The position numbers and the translations under genes were made by a program. A stretch of 64,000 nucleotides of DNA from Mytilus trossulus (lineage: Eukaryota). The stretch spans positions 10,277,347-10,341,346 of the forward strand of contig NC_086380.1 in the NCBI RefSeq assembly GCF_036588685.1, read 5' to 3'. The notes below the pieces were generated by a model. It did no database searches. It saw only the letters and a program-made list of their open reading frames with translations, and was not told where the DNA came from. Positions 50,076-63,900 of the stretch are shown in pieces. Position 1 is the first letter of the stretch. Every line of letters starts with the position of its first letter.

Positions 50076-53000
50076 CTTAAATTTTTGCAAAATACTGCTT
50101 AGGTTATCAATGTATTCAATATTATATCACTAGCATGATTGAATCATTAGACATCAAGACATTTGTTTAAACTAATCCGAAGAAATACATCAAGTTTCAC
50201 TAAACAAGAAAACTCATTTGCATAATCCACTTAAGGAATATTTGTTTTTCCAATATTTAAACAGAGTGGTTATAATAAATCAGACTGATTGACACTTTAC
50301 ATAATGTTTCGCAAATCTGATGCCATCAACTTGGAAAGTTTTTTAATCAAATTGATGCGAGACAACACACAGTGACTGACAGTTTAGATTTCCGTCTGTC
50401 GGATTCTCAAATGCATGTACGCTTTAATTCATTTAACGAATCATCAATGTCACTATTCATTTTACAAATTCAACGTTGACTAACATTTTTACAACATTGC
50501 TTTATTATAATTTTACAGACCGACGATTCTACATTTATAATATTTAAAATTTTAAGATCCAGTTATACATGTATACATATATACAATTCTTCATAGCTAT
50601 ATGAAAAAAAGCATATTTCATTATCATTGTTTGATTCACGTTCAATAGCATATTAATATATATATGTAATGAAATGGTATGAACAGTAAAATTGGCGTCA
50701 AAAATCATTCAGAAAGAACGCCGAACAAAGCGGTATTTTTGTGATTTTCTCATATTTCATGAAACAACATAATAAAGATCGATAACAAAAAATGGCATTT
50801 TCGAAAACAAAATTAAAAACAGAAAAATATAAATTTCAAGCATTTAAAGACGAATAATTGAAAGCCAGAGATATATAAGAGAAAAAAAAAGCTGTTTGGC
50901 CAAAAAAAAATAGCCAATCAATATGAAGTCAAATTTATCAGAGGAAGTTGATACCTTATTTTCTTAATAATTTAACACAAAAAATGCTCAAACAGATCTT
51001 TCCGGGACAACGACAGAAATCGACAGCTCATTTAAAGTTCACTATCATGACGATGTTTATGTGTCCCAACTCACGAGAGACATCTTTTCTATCTCGTAGA
51101 TGTTTAGATACCAGATAGATAGGTGGTTTGATGAGTAATTTTACAGATTGGTACTATTTCCAATTGTGATATATCGGTAAACATATGTTGCCTTTGTCTT
51201 ACAGAACTGTTACATAAATATCAAATTAACTTGTTTTTCGACTGATTGGAATGAGTTATTTAGGAAAACCTACTTTTTAACATTTTCAAACGGTATACAA
51301 AAACAGTCATATCATACATAATATTTCCTAGTATCAAATTTCGAATTGAGATATGAAAATTTGGAAAGCTTAATTTATTTGGTCTGTTATTTCCATATCA
51401 TAAAATTCCTATAAATTCAAACTGATATTACGAACATTTGATATGAAACCATTGTGTACTAATCTGTTAATCTATTTAAAGATAATTTAATTGTGAAAAC
51501 AGGAAAACGTCCTAACAAATGACGTAATGACCTTACAATCTGAAACACTTTTCAAATTAATATTAGAAAAAATAGATTTATACATCAACACAATTCAGGA
51601 AAATCTCATATTGGGAGGATTTATTCTGCTAAATATCTCAATTTTCTGAGTAGACTGTTATGGATTGTATCACGTTGTTTATCTTTCCCTCTCTTTCCTT
51701 TCTGTTGCTCAGTCTTGATTTGTCTACCTTGTGTTTGTGTATATTTCTCTCTTCTCTCTTTTTCTCGTTCTTCTATCAATTATCAATATTTGTATGCTGA
51801 GCATATTTTCCCTTTTTGTAAATTTTAGTGAAAGGGTAAATCATATGATGAAAAATGGAAAGTTTAGCATAGAAACGTACGATATTCATTCGTGGCGAAT
51901 AATGATTCGTTCCCGAGTTTGAAAAAAGCTCGTTTAAATGTTTCTCTCTTTTCAATTGATTTTTTATTCCATAAAACTCTTCGTTCTTATGAAGTGTGGA
52001 GTCATTCCTTGATATTTTCTTCTTTTCGTCAAATAAATAGGTTCATAAAGTTTATTTGTATAATATATGTCGCAGTTTGAAGCTTTTACAATATTTTATT
52101 TTGTTTAAGAATTCATACTATACCATGAATGTGCATACATCGTCTGTATCAGTTATTCAATGACGATGACATGGTAACCAATCAAGCACCAATGATAAAC
52201 AAAAATATATTTTGAGATCATCTTATGTAAACTTATCTTTAGTTTGTCAAAAGAAGTTACTAGTTAGAAACTAATAGACATTATAAAATATTTGTTTTTA
52301 ACGACTTTGACTGGCTATAAAACTCGTATGGTCGTTTTGCTCAGTCTTGAATAATCTGCGTTGTGCTTTGTGTACTTATCGTTCTTTTGTTGTCATTGCA
52401 TTGTCAGTTTGTTTTTGGATTTATAAGTTTGAAAATACCTTTGGTATATTTCGTTTATCTTTGAATTGAACACTTACTCCTTCATAAACATAATAACAAA
52501 GAGACACCAATACTGGACATGGTCGAGATGACTACATTTTTTATTAGTACTTAACACTCTGCTTAGTGAATTGTGGTTGTAAAATAAGAGCACACATAAC
52601 ATTTTTAAATCCATTAAAAGTTACACTAAAGAGGTTCAAACATCTTTTTAAATGAAATTAAATTACTTAGTTTGTGTTTAAGATCAACTCGACATGAATG
52701 CAAAATTTAGTTCTGAATGTGTACGTTTAAATAGCACATAAATATAAATAGTGTGATTGCAAAAGACGCAACGTTGAAGATCAAAGTATGTGATGGTAAC
52801 ACTTTTATGTCACCATAATGCATTCAACAACTAGCAAACCCCATGACGTATGGTGAGGTTAAAGGCCAAAAGGATGACAAAATGCGCAAAAAAAGAGAGA
52901 AACCAAAAGACGGCATCGATTGTACTAAACCTATCAAAGACATTTAGTCAGTAGATTTTCAGTCCACGAACAGGCCAAATAAGTATTTGGTGCGAATAAG

Positions 53001-53159
53001 CATTGTTTTGAGAGCATGATTTCTCATACAAAGGATATTTTTTTAACAGCGCAACATATGAAATAGACTGTTAACATCAGATGGAAAGGGAAAAACAGAT
53101 ACAAACAGTTGCTTAAAGCTAAGTCGAAAATATGTATGTATTTTTTGTCAGATAGCTAT

Positions 53160-53400
53160 TCAAAAAGGGCGACAGATACCAGAGTGACAGTCAAACTCAT
53201 AGATCGAAAATAAACTGACAACACCAGGGCTAAAATAGTAAACGACAGACAAATAACAGTACACAAGACACAAGATAGAAAACTAATGACTAAGCAACAC
53301 TATCCCCGAAAAGAAATGGGGGTGATCTCAGGTGCTCCGGGAGAGTAAGCAGATCCTGCTCCTTGAGTGGCACCCACCGTGTAACTCTTCTTATAATAAT
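53160..53400 (+). repeat. Family C copy
   Basis: It reads gggcgacagataccagagtgacagtcaaactcatagatcgaaaataaactgacaacaccagggctaaaa...ggtgctccgggagagtaagcagatcctgctccttgagtggcacccaccgtgtaactc. Confidence 0.55.
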
Positions 53401-55475
53401 CCTTTCATTCATTCATAACTTTCCACGGCTTTCACATATTCAGCTTTGTTATAAGAAAAGTTTTTATAGAAATGTTCAATCTTACGGGTTTTTTTTTTGT
53501 TGAAGGGTCTCTGAATCTGTTGTGAATCCTGTTCAGCCCTATTTTAATTTATACAAAAATCTTCATATGTTAAGCGATCAAAATCACATATATTCATAAA
53601 ATAGAATTGAGAATCATGATATAGCTTGCAAAAAAACTTATAAACAAAATATAAATTTCAAACCGATACCGATTCTTTGATTATTGTCTATCACGTGTCG
53701 CTGTTTTTTTCTTTATTTCTTTAATAACGATTAACTCCTTTGAATGCATATTTTACATCGTCTTGACTAAAGCCTGTAGTGCAATTGTGCAATATTTTGA
53801 AAGTTATTGAAAATGCGAAAATGACATTGGAATAACTGAATATTTAATAAAATCTTTTTAAAAAAAAGTATTTTGTGACATCGAATTTTAGATTTATTTG
53901 TTCCAATGATCTCTTTGAAATTGCTTAAGAGAAATTAATCATTTATCATATGTGAAGTAGTTCCATAAATTTCATCTTGAAAACTGTACAAAAGTACTGT
54001 CAAAATATAATCAATCACAGAAATTAGACGTTTGGACATTTTACATAATGCTAAAATCGATCTGTCCTTCTTGTGTTGATTTAATTTTATTTTAATCAAT
54101 CTAAAAAATATTTTTTTACTATGTCGTTCGGATGGCAACCTTGTTCTCTGTATACTATATGATTTGATGTTAAGAATTTCGCAATTTAAATTATTTTGAA
54201 GAATTTTACGTATTGTCGCTAACTGCCTTATTCATTGCTTTCATATGATTTAATGACAGCATGTGTCTTGTGATTTATAAGCTTGCTATCTTCATGATTT
54301 TTGATGAGTTTTTTTTCATATAGACATATCAAACGTTGCTCATTCTTTAATCTATTTTTTTCACACTATTGATGTTTCAACTAAATATTTTATAATCAAT
54401 ATGTTATTATATACCTACTGAATCTGTTAAACATCATTACGGAATAAAGAAAAATATAATGACCTAGACATTCGCTGGTAGATATATAGACAATTCCTTC
54501 GCATAAAGGTACCTTTTCTCTTGATAAATGCAATCAAAGACATCAAAGTAAAACCAAAATGTATGTTGAATATTTAGTACAAAGTTGAACTTAATTAGGC
54601 GTCTTTTTTCTTTTCTTCATTTATCTGGGTTATTTTTATCCATTCTTTTTATTCATATTTCAAGATTTCTTATTATAACATGTATGTAAAACAAAATTAC
54701 TAAAGAGCACAATTTTAAAAAGGATATTGATAAAAAGACAAAATCTTTCTTGTTATTTAAACAAATTTAAAAAGTATAGGTCTGAATAATAAAAGTAAGA
54801 GTGAATAATATATATTCCAAAAATGTTTAAGTGATACATTATGATCATCTTATTCGGTAACAAGTATATATGTATGAACATTACAAATTACATTTATGTG
54901 TATAACAACTTGCGCGAACAGATGATCTAAAACAGTTGAAGTAATGCAGTAATGGCTATTTATAAAAAGACATTGACCAAATGAGTCAAGAATAAATGTG
55001 TTCCCGGATGAGGTTGTAATCATCGTTATGACTCGAAGAGTTATATTATTTTAACTGTCCGTTAAGACAAAACGGTATCAAGAGAATTAAAATTCTCGTT
55101 TCGGTGTCGGATTTTTGATGGAATATCCGAAGCAATTAACAAGTTTGATTTATAAATTTGTCTTCAATTACGACACTTGCAGTGTGACTCACACCCATGT
55201 TAATAGCCCTCTGGAAATAAATACATGACTGCAATAGGATGCGGTCAACACTGCGATTTAACAGGTTTTTCGTTCTTAAAGGGTTTCATTGTTTTATTGA
55301 TAGCATTTATATATATATACTTGTAATTTTACTTTAACTGTTTAGAGATTAATCAATTTTTCTAGATACTAAATAAATTATGTTCGTAGAAATGTTTATT
55401 GTGTTCGCACTCTTCCTGACTACTTAAATTTCTTGTTTTGTCTTTTTTTTCTTCAAAATTGTGACTTTTGATTTA

Positions 55476-56290
55476 CTTGATAAAATTGAGAATGGAAATG
55501 GGGAATGTGTCAAAGAGACAACAACCCGACCAAAATAAAAAAACACAACAGCAGAAGGTCACCAACAGGTCTTCAATGTAGCGAGAAATTCCCGCACCCG
55601 AAGGCGTCCTTCAGCTGGCCCCTAAACAAATATATACTAGTTCAGTGATAATGAACGCCATACTAATTTCCAAATTGTACACAAGAAACTAAAATTGAAA
55701 TAATACAAGACTAACAAAGGCCAGAGGCTCCTGACTTGGGACAGGCGCAAAAATGCGGCGGGGTTAAACATGTTTGTGAGATCTCAACCCTCCCCCTATA
55801 CCTCTAACCAGTGTAGAAAAGTAAAAGCATAACAATACGCACATTAAAATTCAGTTCAAGAGAAGTCCGAGTCTGATGTCAGAAGATGTAACCAAAGAAA
55901 ATAAACAAAATGACAATAATACATAAATAACAACAGACTACTAGCAGTTAACTGACATGCCAGCTCCAGACTTCAATTAAACTGACTGAAAGATTATGAT
56001 TTCATCATATGAACATCAGGCACAATCCTTCCCGTAAGGGGTTTAGTATCATACCATCATAACATATATGAGAAGAACATAACCCGTGTCATGCCAACAA
56101 CTGTTTTTAGAATAAATGTGTTTAGTTCCGACGCAAAGACCTTATCAGTGACTCAATATTAACTCCAAAATATGCAATCTTTAATGACTTGACAACAGTA
56201 TCGTAATTATATCCCTTCTTAATAAGTCTATTCAAAGGTTTTGTAAGTTTATGAGGTGAATACTGACACCTTTGTGCTTTATAAATTGAT
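55476..56290 (-). mobile_element. Second, more 5'-truncated copy of the retroelement 3' region
   Basis: It is ~98% identical to 41456-42280 over ~815 bp, including the last ~60 codons of the ORF. Homology stops abruptly at ~56283, the 5' truncation point. Confidence 0.65.
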
Positions 56291-59200
56291 GCATTTTATG
56301 ATCACACTAAATTGAAAGCATGTCCTAACAGGTTTTAACCAAGCAACCTTTTTTTTATATTCTCTTAATGGATATTTTGATCCAGATTTTCAAAAAAAAC
56401 AATTTACTCGTTTTCCCTTGTTTAATGCATATTTTCAAAAAAGAAACGAAAATCTAACGAATAAATTGTCTAAAGGACAAAGTAATCTTAAAGATAAGAA
56501 AATGTCAGGTTTAATTTCATTATAATTAGATTAGATTGAAATTTAATCAATAACATAATAATTATTAGACATATTTTTTTTTCTCCATTTTAGCGATAGA
56601 AATCTGCTGTCTGTCCAAATGATTCTTTTATTAGACAAATGAGAATTATACGGCTTTTTTGTGTTTTAATATAACTAAATAAGCCAACAGAAGTTCTTAT
56701 CAAATATCTTATGAAAATACTGAATACGTGCGCAGGGACTGTGTTTAATTAATGCAAACAAATGAGAGCAAACATCACAAGTTATATTGACTAAAACATT
56801 TAACTAATTCAGATCAAGCCGCATGGTACTAAGGAAAATAAAAAAAAACATAACATCCTAACATTATTATATTATTATTATAGTTGGGGAAAAATAAGTG
56901 ACAATTATGCAAATTATATCCCCACGATATATCACTATTTACTAGTTGGGTATCGGGCAGACGATATAGGTTCCAACCATTTATATTTGCCATAGCATTT
57001 TCTATTTTCTGAGATATATGAATGAAAAAATGAAAACTGACAAAAAAACGTACTATTGATGTGAATAATAGATTAAAGGTAACAATTTAAATGCACTAGA
57101 TGCGCATTTCGATAGTTAATGTTTATTAATTCTAAGAAGCTCCAGGTTGAAATGTTTGAAAATCCGAAACGTTTAGTAGATCACAATTTCTTATTTTAAT
57201 TATTTTGAATGGTTTGTTTTTGGCGGTGTATAATGCATTTTATCAAATTTTTGGTATGATTTTATATTTAATTTGATATAAATTAACTACAATGTAAATC
57301 GATGAAAGAAATAAAAACATGTTCGTTTATTGTACATGATCGTTTTAACGATTTATGTCCAAATTCACGTTAATCGAGGTTTTTTTTTTTATCAATTTTA
57401 ACTAACTGCCGCCCTTTTCAGTCGGTACACTCTTTCATTTCATTTTGTAATTGTGTGTGCTATCGATTGCTTTGCGAATAAAAAAAAATACAGAGATGAT
57501 AATCTGTGCGACATACTTCGATTCACAACCTTTCAAACAATGTTAATGTAGGAAACTAAAGTTGACTATATGACCTTCAACAATGAGTGAACCCAATATG
57601 GTATACTATAGTTAGCGTAAAATGCCCAAAAATGAAAAAAAAATGTTGGCCTTTTATTCAATTTGATTTATAATTTATTCAGATTTGTTTAAACTTTGCG
57701 TAATTTAGAGCGAAGCATTTTGTAAAGACACATATCTACCTATGAATAACATGACTTTGTCTATATACATGTATGTGTCTTTTGTAGTGCGTTGGCACTC
57801 TGGTTTAACATGTTCTGTATTTTCATTTATTTATATTTCGAGGAGTACATAATTATATACAATCACTTTTTCCTTATTTGAATGTAGCTTTCATATTCTG
57901 TTATATTGTTTTAAAATTACTTAATTTCATTTGAGGTGACTTATAGGTCCATTGGGCCGGGTGTATTGATATTTATCATATATTGTATATTTATAATCTG
58001 TACATATTTACACATGTCACTATCATAAATAATTTACTTACTTTACTTACTTATACTAGTTCAACAATTGACAGAGTTCGGTATTATCGAATTTAATTTT
58101 AATAAACGATAATCGTAGATTCAGCACATGTAAATTTTGTTTCCAGGCTCTGTCTCTGTTCGTATTCAAATTGTCATGTCCATATAACTCCGGTAGTTTT
58201 ATCGATATCTCTTGTTCGTATTTTCTCCTAAAGTACGACATTAAATTACACCTTGAGTGTCGACTACCTGTTCATTTCAATACAAGTATTTGGTTATTTA
58301 ATGTAATGCACTGATATAAAGTAACTTGTGCTTCATAACCTATCCAAGGTTGAATCCTAATAAGGACTTTCTTTGTTGTTTATTGCTTTTCAATTGTATT
58401 CTGTTTTCTATAGTGATTGTCCGTACTGTCAATAAAAAGTCGCTTACATTTGATGAAAGAAGTTGATCTATACTATATGGCCATGCCTTGGTAATCAAAA
58501 TATACGACCTTTAACAATGAATTATCCATTTTTCGATATGTGCGATGTCCAAAACTCGTTATTGGAATAATGATTAACACAATGTAAAGAACAGTAAAAT
58601 AAGGAATGGTTCAAATGTTATAATGTATTGTCTTCAGATGTTATTTAGTGCTGAACTAGTATTCTAGTGCAGTCTCTGTTGGTATATTTTCAATAAATAA
58701 CTAACTATCTTGAATAAATACATGTAAATTATTTGAAAAAAAAATCACACATTGAATAAGTACAACGATTAATGTCCCACTGGCAGTAAATTGTGATAAT
58801 ATTGGATTATGTTTACTGTCAATCATTTCTCAATATATAATGCTCAATAATCAAATTTATATCAGTATGCAGCAGCGAGTTAATTAATTGTTCCATGGAG
58901 ATATGTGTTATACAGTAGTTTTAAATTAATTTTCTATATTACAACACGGAAACGGATAGTGTCAACTATATTGGCCTTTTTTAATAAAGCACGTTGATGG
59001 AAAATTTACACAATTAACTGTAATAAGTTGTTCCAGATTTGGTGGGAAAGTTGAGTTTTTTGGTATAAACAATGGTTGGTTCCGTAGATTTTAGCGTCAA
59101 GGACAAAACCAAATACGTTCCCAAGCCAAATAACAGAATAATAATAGTAGATTATAAAATTTAATGAAATTCATAATACTTTTTTCATTCTAGGTAACGC

Positions 59201-60539
59201 TATTAACGTATAACAATAAACGTTAAAACGTAAAATAGTAGCTTGGCATACAATTGTACTTGTCATTACAATCAAAAAACATAAAATTGAATGCATATTA
59301 GCATATACATATATCTGAAACTTTTCCATGTGACTTTTATCTAACTCTTTAGATTTTATCCTTTTGGTAGGATAAAATGCATATCAATCAATTAGGTTAT
59401 TTCACATAAATAAGTAGAGTTTGATTGATGACGAAGTATTTAGAGAGATGAGACCTTATCTTTGTTGTGCAAGTGGTACTTCTAATGGTTCCAGACAATT
59501 ATAAGTAGATTATTTAGATCACTTTGTCACTTAGTATGCTTAAAAGCACATGATTAATGACTTTCCGATAACTAGATAAAATGATAAGTAAACGTAGTAA
59601 TTCCCATTTCGTACGCTATGTCGAAAGTAAAATACTATTTGAAGCATTATATTAATAGTAGACATAAGCTAATATATGTCAATGTAACATTGGGGTCAAC
59701 ATGTACATCTGCAAATAAAGTACAAACTATTTTTTTGTCAACTGACATTTACTTGATATCTCAAGAGGGAGGACGTGACAGATAAATAAAGATGTTTAAT
59801 TTGTTATAATTGGCTTGTTGTATTTTTCATTGTATGGATGTGAAGCAAACGACAATAAATGAACAGATCATTGGTTTCTTTTTGTTTGAGCACTAGTCTA
59901 GAAATGTGTCGTGTATCATTAGTCATTGTTTGTATTAACAATAGGAGGCCAACTTACTTTTAAACGACCTTGACTGGCTATAAAGCCTTCACACCATCGG
60001 TAGTTGGCTAAGAAGTTTACTAGAGTTTTACTGAAGTATTTTATAGTGTTGAAGAGAATATTCCATCAGTTACTATTATTTATTTATAAATCGTTCTCCT
60101 ATTGGATTCCATGTCTTTTTAGCTGACAAAAAAGTTATATTCCTGGATTGGTTGCATAATAATGTGTAAATGTTTGTGGACATTTTTCTATTATTGCCCA
60201 AACCATTGAGTAACTTTGATAGACACAAGTTGACAAAAGTTTATATAAAAAATACCGACTTTCATTCCAGTTTTTCAAGATTGCAAGCGTCATTTTTTTT
60301 TATATTCTGTGGTTTTTGCCGTTGATGAATTACATTCGTTGTTGTCTTGCAGTTGTATCGACTTTTATTTTTTTTGTGTGTGCGTTTCCTTGTAATGAAG
60401 GTTCGTGTGTGCTTGTGTTGTATTTCTGTAATGTAATGTCGTTTCGGTGGTAATTTTTAACATTTTAATACAGTGGGGATTTTTGGTTAGCCATAAAACC
60501 AGGTTCAATTAAAGGCAACAGTAGTATACCGATGTTCAA

Positions 60540-61120
60540 AATTGATAAATCGATAGAGAAAAAAACAAATATGGGTTACAAACTAGAACTGAAGGAAATG
60601 TATCAAATATAAGAGAACTACGACATAACAGAGACACAACACCGAAACGTAACACACAGAGTAACGAACTATAGTGTAATAGTGGTAATTTTCCTGAATT
60701 GGGACAGGGCATTTTATGAAGAAAAAAAGTGGGTTGAACCTGGTTTTGTTGAATGCCAAACCTCCCGCTTTATTGGCAGTGTTAATTATAACATTAAACG
60801 ACAGGGTTAAAATGACAAAACCAGATAACTGGGAGAAAATATAGGACAGAGAAACAAACGAATAACAGCCATCCAAAGGTAACAGCTCGAAAAATATTTA
60901 TTATCACCAGTCGCACTACGTCCACACAAAACTATGCTTAGTTGTAAAAGGTTTGAAAGCTACCAAGTTGAAGATCGCCGAGGATCACAAGTTCCAGAAA
61001 GTTGTGAGGCCAGGGTTATCCGCCTGCGACAAAACATCATTATTATCAAGAATAATACATTGTTTTGCAAACAGTAAATTTTATAAAATGACTATATAAT
61101 AGATATACATGATTTAACTT
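60540..61120 (+). repeat. Family B copy plus retrozyme-related 3' segment
   Basis: It reads aaaggcaacagtagtataccgatgttcaaaattgataaatcgat...cctgaattgggacagggc...gggttgaacctggttttgttgaatgccaaacctcccgc. The segment 60950-61120 is homologous to 9120-9320. Confidence 0.5.
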
Positions 61121-61734
61121 AAGTGGTGACTAGTTATAGAATAAAAAACGAATAAATTACAAAATCACAGCCCTGTTACCCATACCATAGTCAATGCAAC
61201 GCCCAAAATGACGTCATATATAAATTTCTAAAACGTGTTCCGAAAATTAAGAGAATTTGGATAAAATTCAAGATTAGATTTGTATGACTTATCTAACTTA
61301 TATAGATAACAGTGAAAAATATAATACTAATTAATATTCAATTGAAGTAGTAATTAGATAATTAATTGTATTATCTAGCTTTGTGGTTGTTTCTTCTGAT
61401 TAAACTGCAAACCAAATATATAGTGTAAATTTCTTTGATCCAAAATTAAATCTACTAAATGAACTGGATGAGTAGTTATTCCCCAATACAACACAAAAAT
61501 ACAAAAGAAAAATACTAGTTACAACAACAAATGTAAAACAAATGTAATAGCCTACCCTTCCGGATACTGTTCCTTGTTCTGTTTTGTATGCTGACGTTTC
61601 TCGTATTGTCTTTTTTGTTTGAATTGCATGGCGTTGTCATTTGAATTTCAATTAATCAGAATGTTGGAATTTTTCGCCTCTCTTTTATAATCTAGTTGAA
61701 GGTTTATTAAAATAAACTCATCAAAGATACGAGG

Positions 61735-61870
61735 ACCAAATTTTATATATACGCCAGACGCGCGTTTCGTTTAGAAAAGACTAATCAGTGACGCTCGAAT
61801 AAAAAAAAGTTAAAAAGGCCAAATAAAGTATGAAGTTGAAGAGCATTGAGGACCAAAATTCCTAAATGTT
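61735..61870 (-). mobile_element. Reverse-oriented retrozyme fragment with a dead HHR (61752-61796)
   Basis: The minus strand reads gagcgtcaCUGAUUAGucuuuucuaaacGAAACGCGCGUCugg. G8 is changed to U and the helix II 3' strand is mutated. Adjacent sequence matches the retrozyme body. Confidence 0.5.
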
Positions 61871-62514
61871 TTGTCATTCCTTTTCACAAGATACATTCCC
61901 TATAAATGCTTTATCTAAGGACCCCATTTCGATATATCTAATAAGCCATCAAGAATGGTAATTCCATATAACATGCGATCCCCAATTTAATCCACAAATG
62001 TTTGATTCACTAATGGAGTCGAAATGATAAGATAGAAGCAAAAGATACGCAACGGATCTTTTAACTCATGATAGGTCGAATATAAAATGAACATTCCATG
62101 GCTTTAACGGAAATATACCAACAGAAAAACAGACAAATAACAGTACATAAAACATACTACATACTACATAAAATTACATATAAATATAAAAACTGCGCAA
62201 CACCAACCCCACTAGAAACTGGATCATCGCATGGCTCGTTATTTGTAAGCAGATATTGCTCCTTATGTGGTATCCGTCGTGTTGCTCATGCAGTTACAAA
62301 CACGCTAATAAGTCTATTTTGAAAGGTCAGATTTGGAAAAAAAGGAACGGAACGACAATTGGAACATATTCGTCGATACCTGTGAAAAAGATATTTTATA
62401 ACGCTTAACAAACTCTTGATGGAGTCCTTAAAATTTACGAAAGGGTTGAATTTATGAAACTGACAGGATTTATAAAACCTTTATAAATTGTCTGTTAGTA
62501 GATTTATGAATAGA

Positions 62515-62660
62515 CAGTAGTAGTGCATTGACTTGACATATCAACAATATAAGGATGAGGCTTAGAAACGGGGAAATGCGAGGCTGTGCCGAGCATTTTT
62601 CCCGTTTCGGGACGAATCCTTATATCGTTGATATGTTCAGTCAATGCACTATTATTGTCT
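62515..62660. repeat. Long imperfect foldback/hairpin (~145 bp)
   Basis: agtgcattgacttgacatatcaacaatataaggat ... atccttatatcgttgatatgttcagtcaatgcact, with an inner inverted pair gaaacggggaaa / tttcccgtttc. Confidence 0.55.
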
Positions 62661-63555
62661 TTATACTGCAATTAAAAAAAAAACACATTTTCAATTGTTG
62701 TTTAGTGTGTTGATGTTATTTATTTGATTTAAATATTGGGAAAAAAATCTCCCTTTAAAAAGGCCTCGCATCACACAGGCATAGAAATATACAACACGAT
62801 GAAATGTACATCATTACGCAATCAATGGTGAACGAATTCGTTTGTTTACAGACTAAAATAGCAACAATAAACATAAAACATAATGATTTATAGGTTGCAA
62901 ACAAAACATATTAATAAGTGAAATATGTTTTTCAAAAAATTGTAAAAGAAACAAGTTTGAGTCGTTAAACACATCATTGCTTACATTGGAAACAAGAACA
63001 GGTCGAAGAGGTCGAATGAATAATTAAATATAATTTCAATAATTTCTATTTAAATATTCATGAGGAAAAGTGATATCAGGTTAGTGACTGTATATGACAT
63101 AGAAATATACGGTCAACGCATTTTGACTGCTCAAATAGAACGAGTGCAGTATAAACAGCAGTATACTACTGTTGCCTTTATTTACAAATTGCTAGAAATT
63201 ATTTTTTCAATTCCCTTAGACAAAGTTTACCTTAGATGGATCCGTCTGTTTTGTTAGGTTCCTTTTTGTTATTTACATAACTTGAACTGTTTTGGTTCTT
63301 ATATATTTTCAAATATTTGGTTTAATTCCAGAAAAGCGACTCGGACTCATGAAATTTATAACGTGTTGGGTTTTTTTCAACTTTTTGTTGAGTTGCTACC
63401 TTTGGATCAGTATAACTTTCAGTTTCACCAATGTCAAATGCACCTTTTCAATTTTCAGTAAACTTCTGCAAAATTGTATGCAAGGTTACAACAGTCAACA
63501 TTGTGTTATACTAGAACGAACGGTTGAAATAAACTCTACTATGTCTACGTAACGA

Positions 63556-63900
63556 CGTATGCTGGTGGACGTTTCGTCCTCGAGGGAATCACCAGCCCAG
63601 TAGTCAACACTTCGGTGTTGACATGAATATCAATAATGTGGTCATTTTTATAAATTTCCTGTTTACCAAACTTTTGAATTTTTCGAAAAACTAAAGATTT
63701 TCTTATCCCAAACTAGATTACCTTAGCCATATTTGGCACAACGTTTTGGAATTTTGGATCCTCAATGCTCTTCAACTTTGTACTTGTTTGGCTTTAAAAA
63801 TTGTTTGACATGAGCGTGACTGATGAGTCTTATGTAGACGAAACGCGCGTCTGGCGTACTAAATTATAATCCTGGTACCTTTGATAACTATTAGCAGTCT
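63556..63900 (+). mobile_element. Retrozyme family copy (single unit, 5' boundary ~63556)
   Basis: It is homologous along its length to 18530-18850 (gctggtggacgtttcgtc...cagcccag.agtcaa.acttcggtgttgacatgaatatcaataatgtggtcatttt...), including the HHR and the shared 3' flank 'ctaaattataatcctggtacctttgataactatt'. Confidence 0.6.
63812..63859 (+). ncRNA. Hammerhead ribozyme motif (intact core) at the 3' end of retrozyme copy 63556-63900
   Basis: gagcguga-CUGAUGA-GUCuuauguaGAC-GAAA-CGCGCGUC|uggcguac. The unit upstream (63556-63811) is ~85% identical to 18530-18770. Confidence 0.65.
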
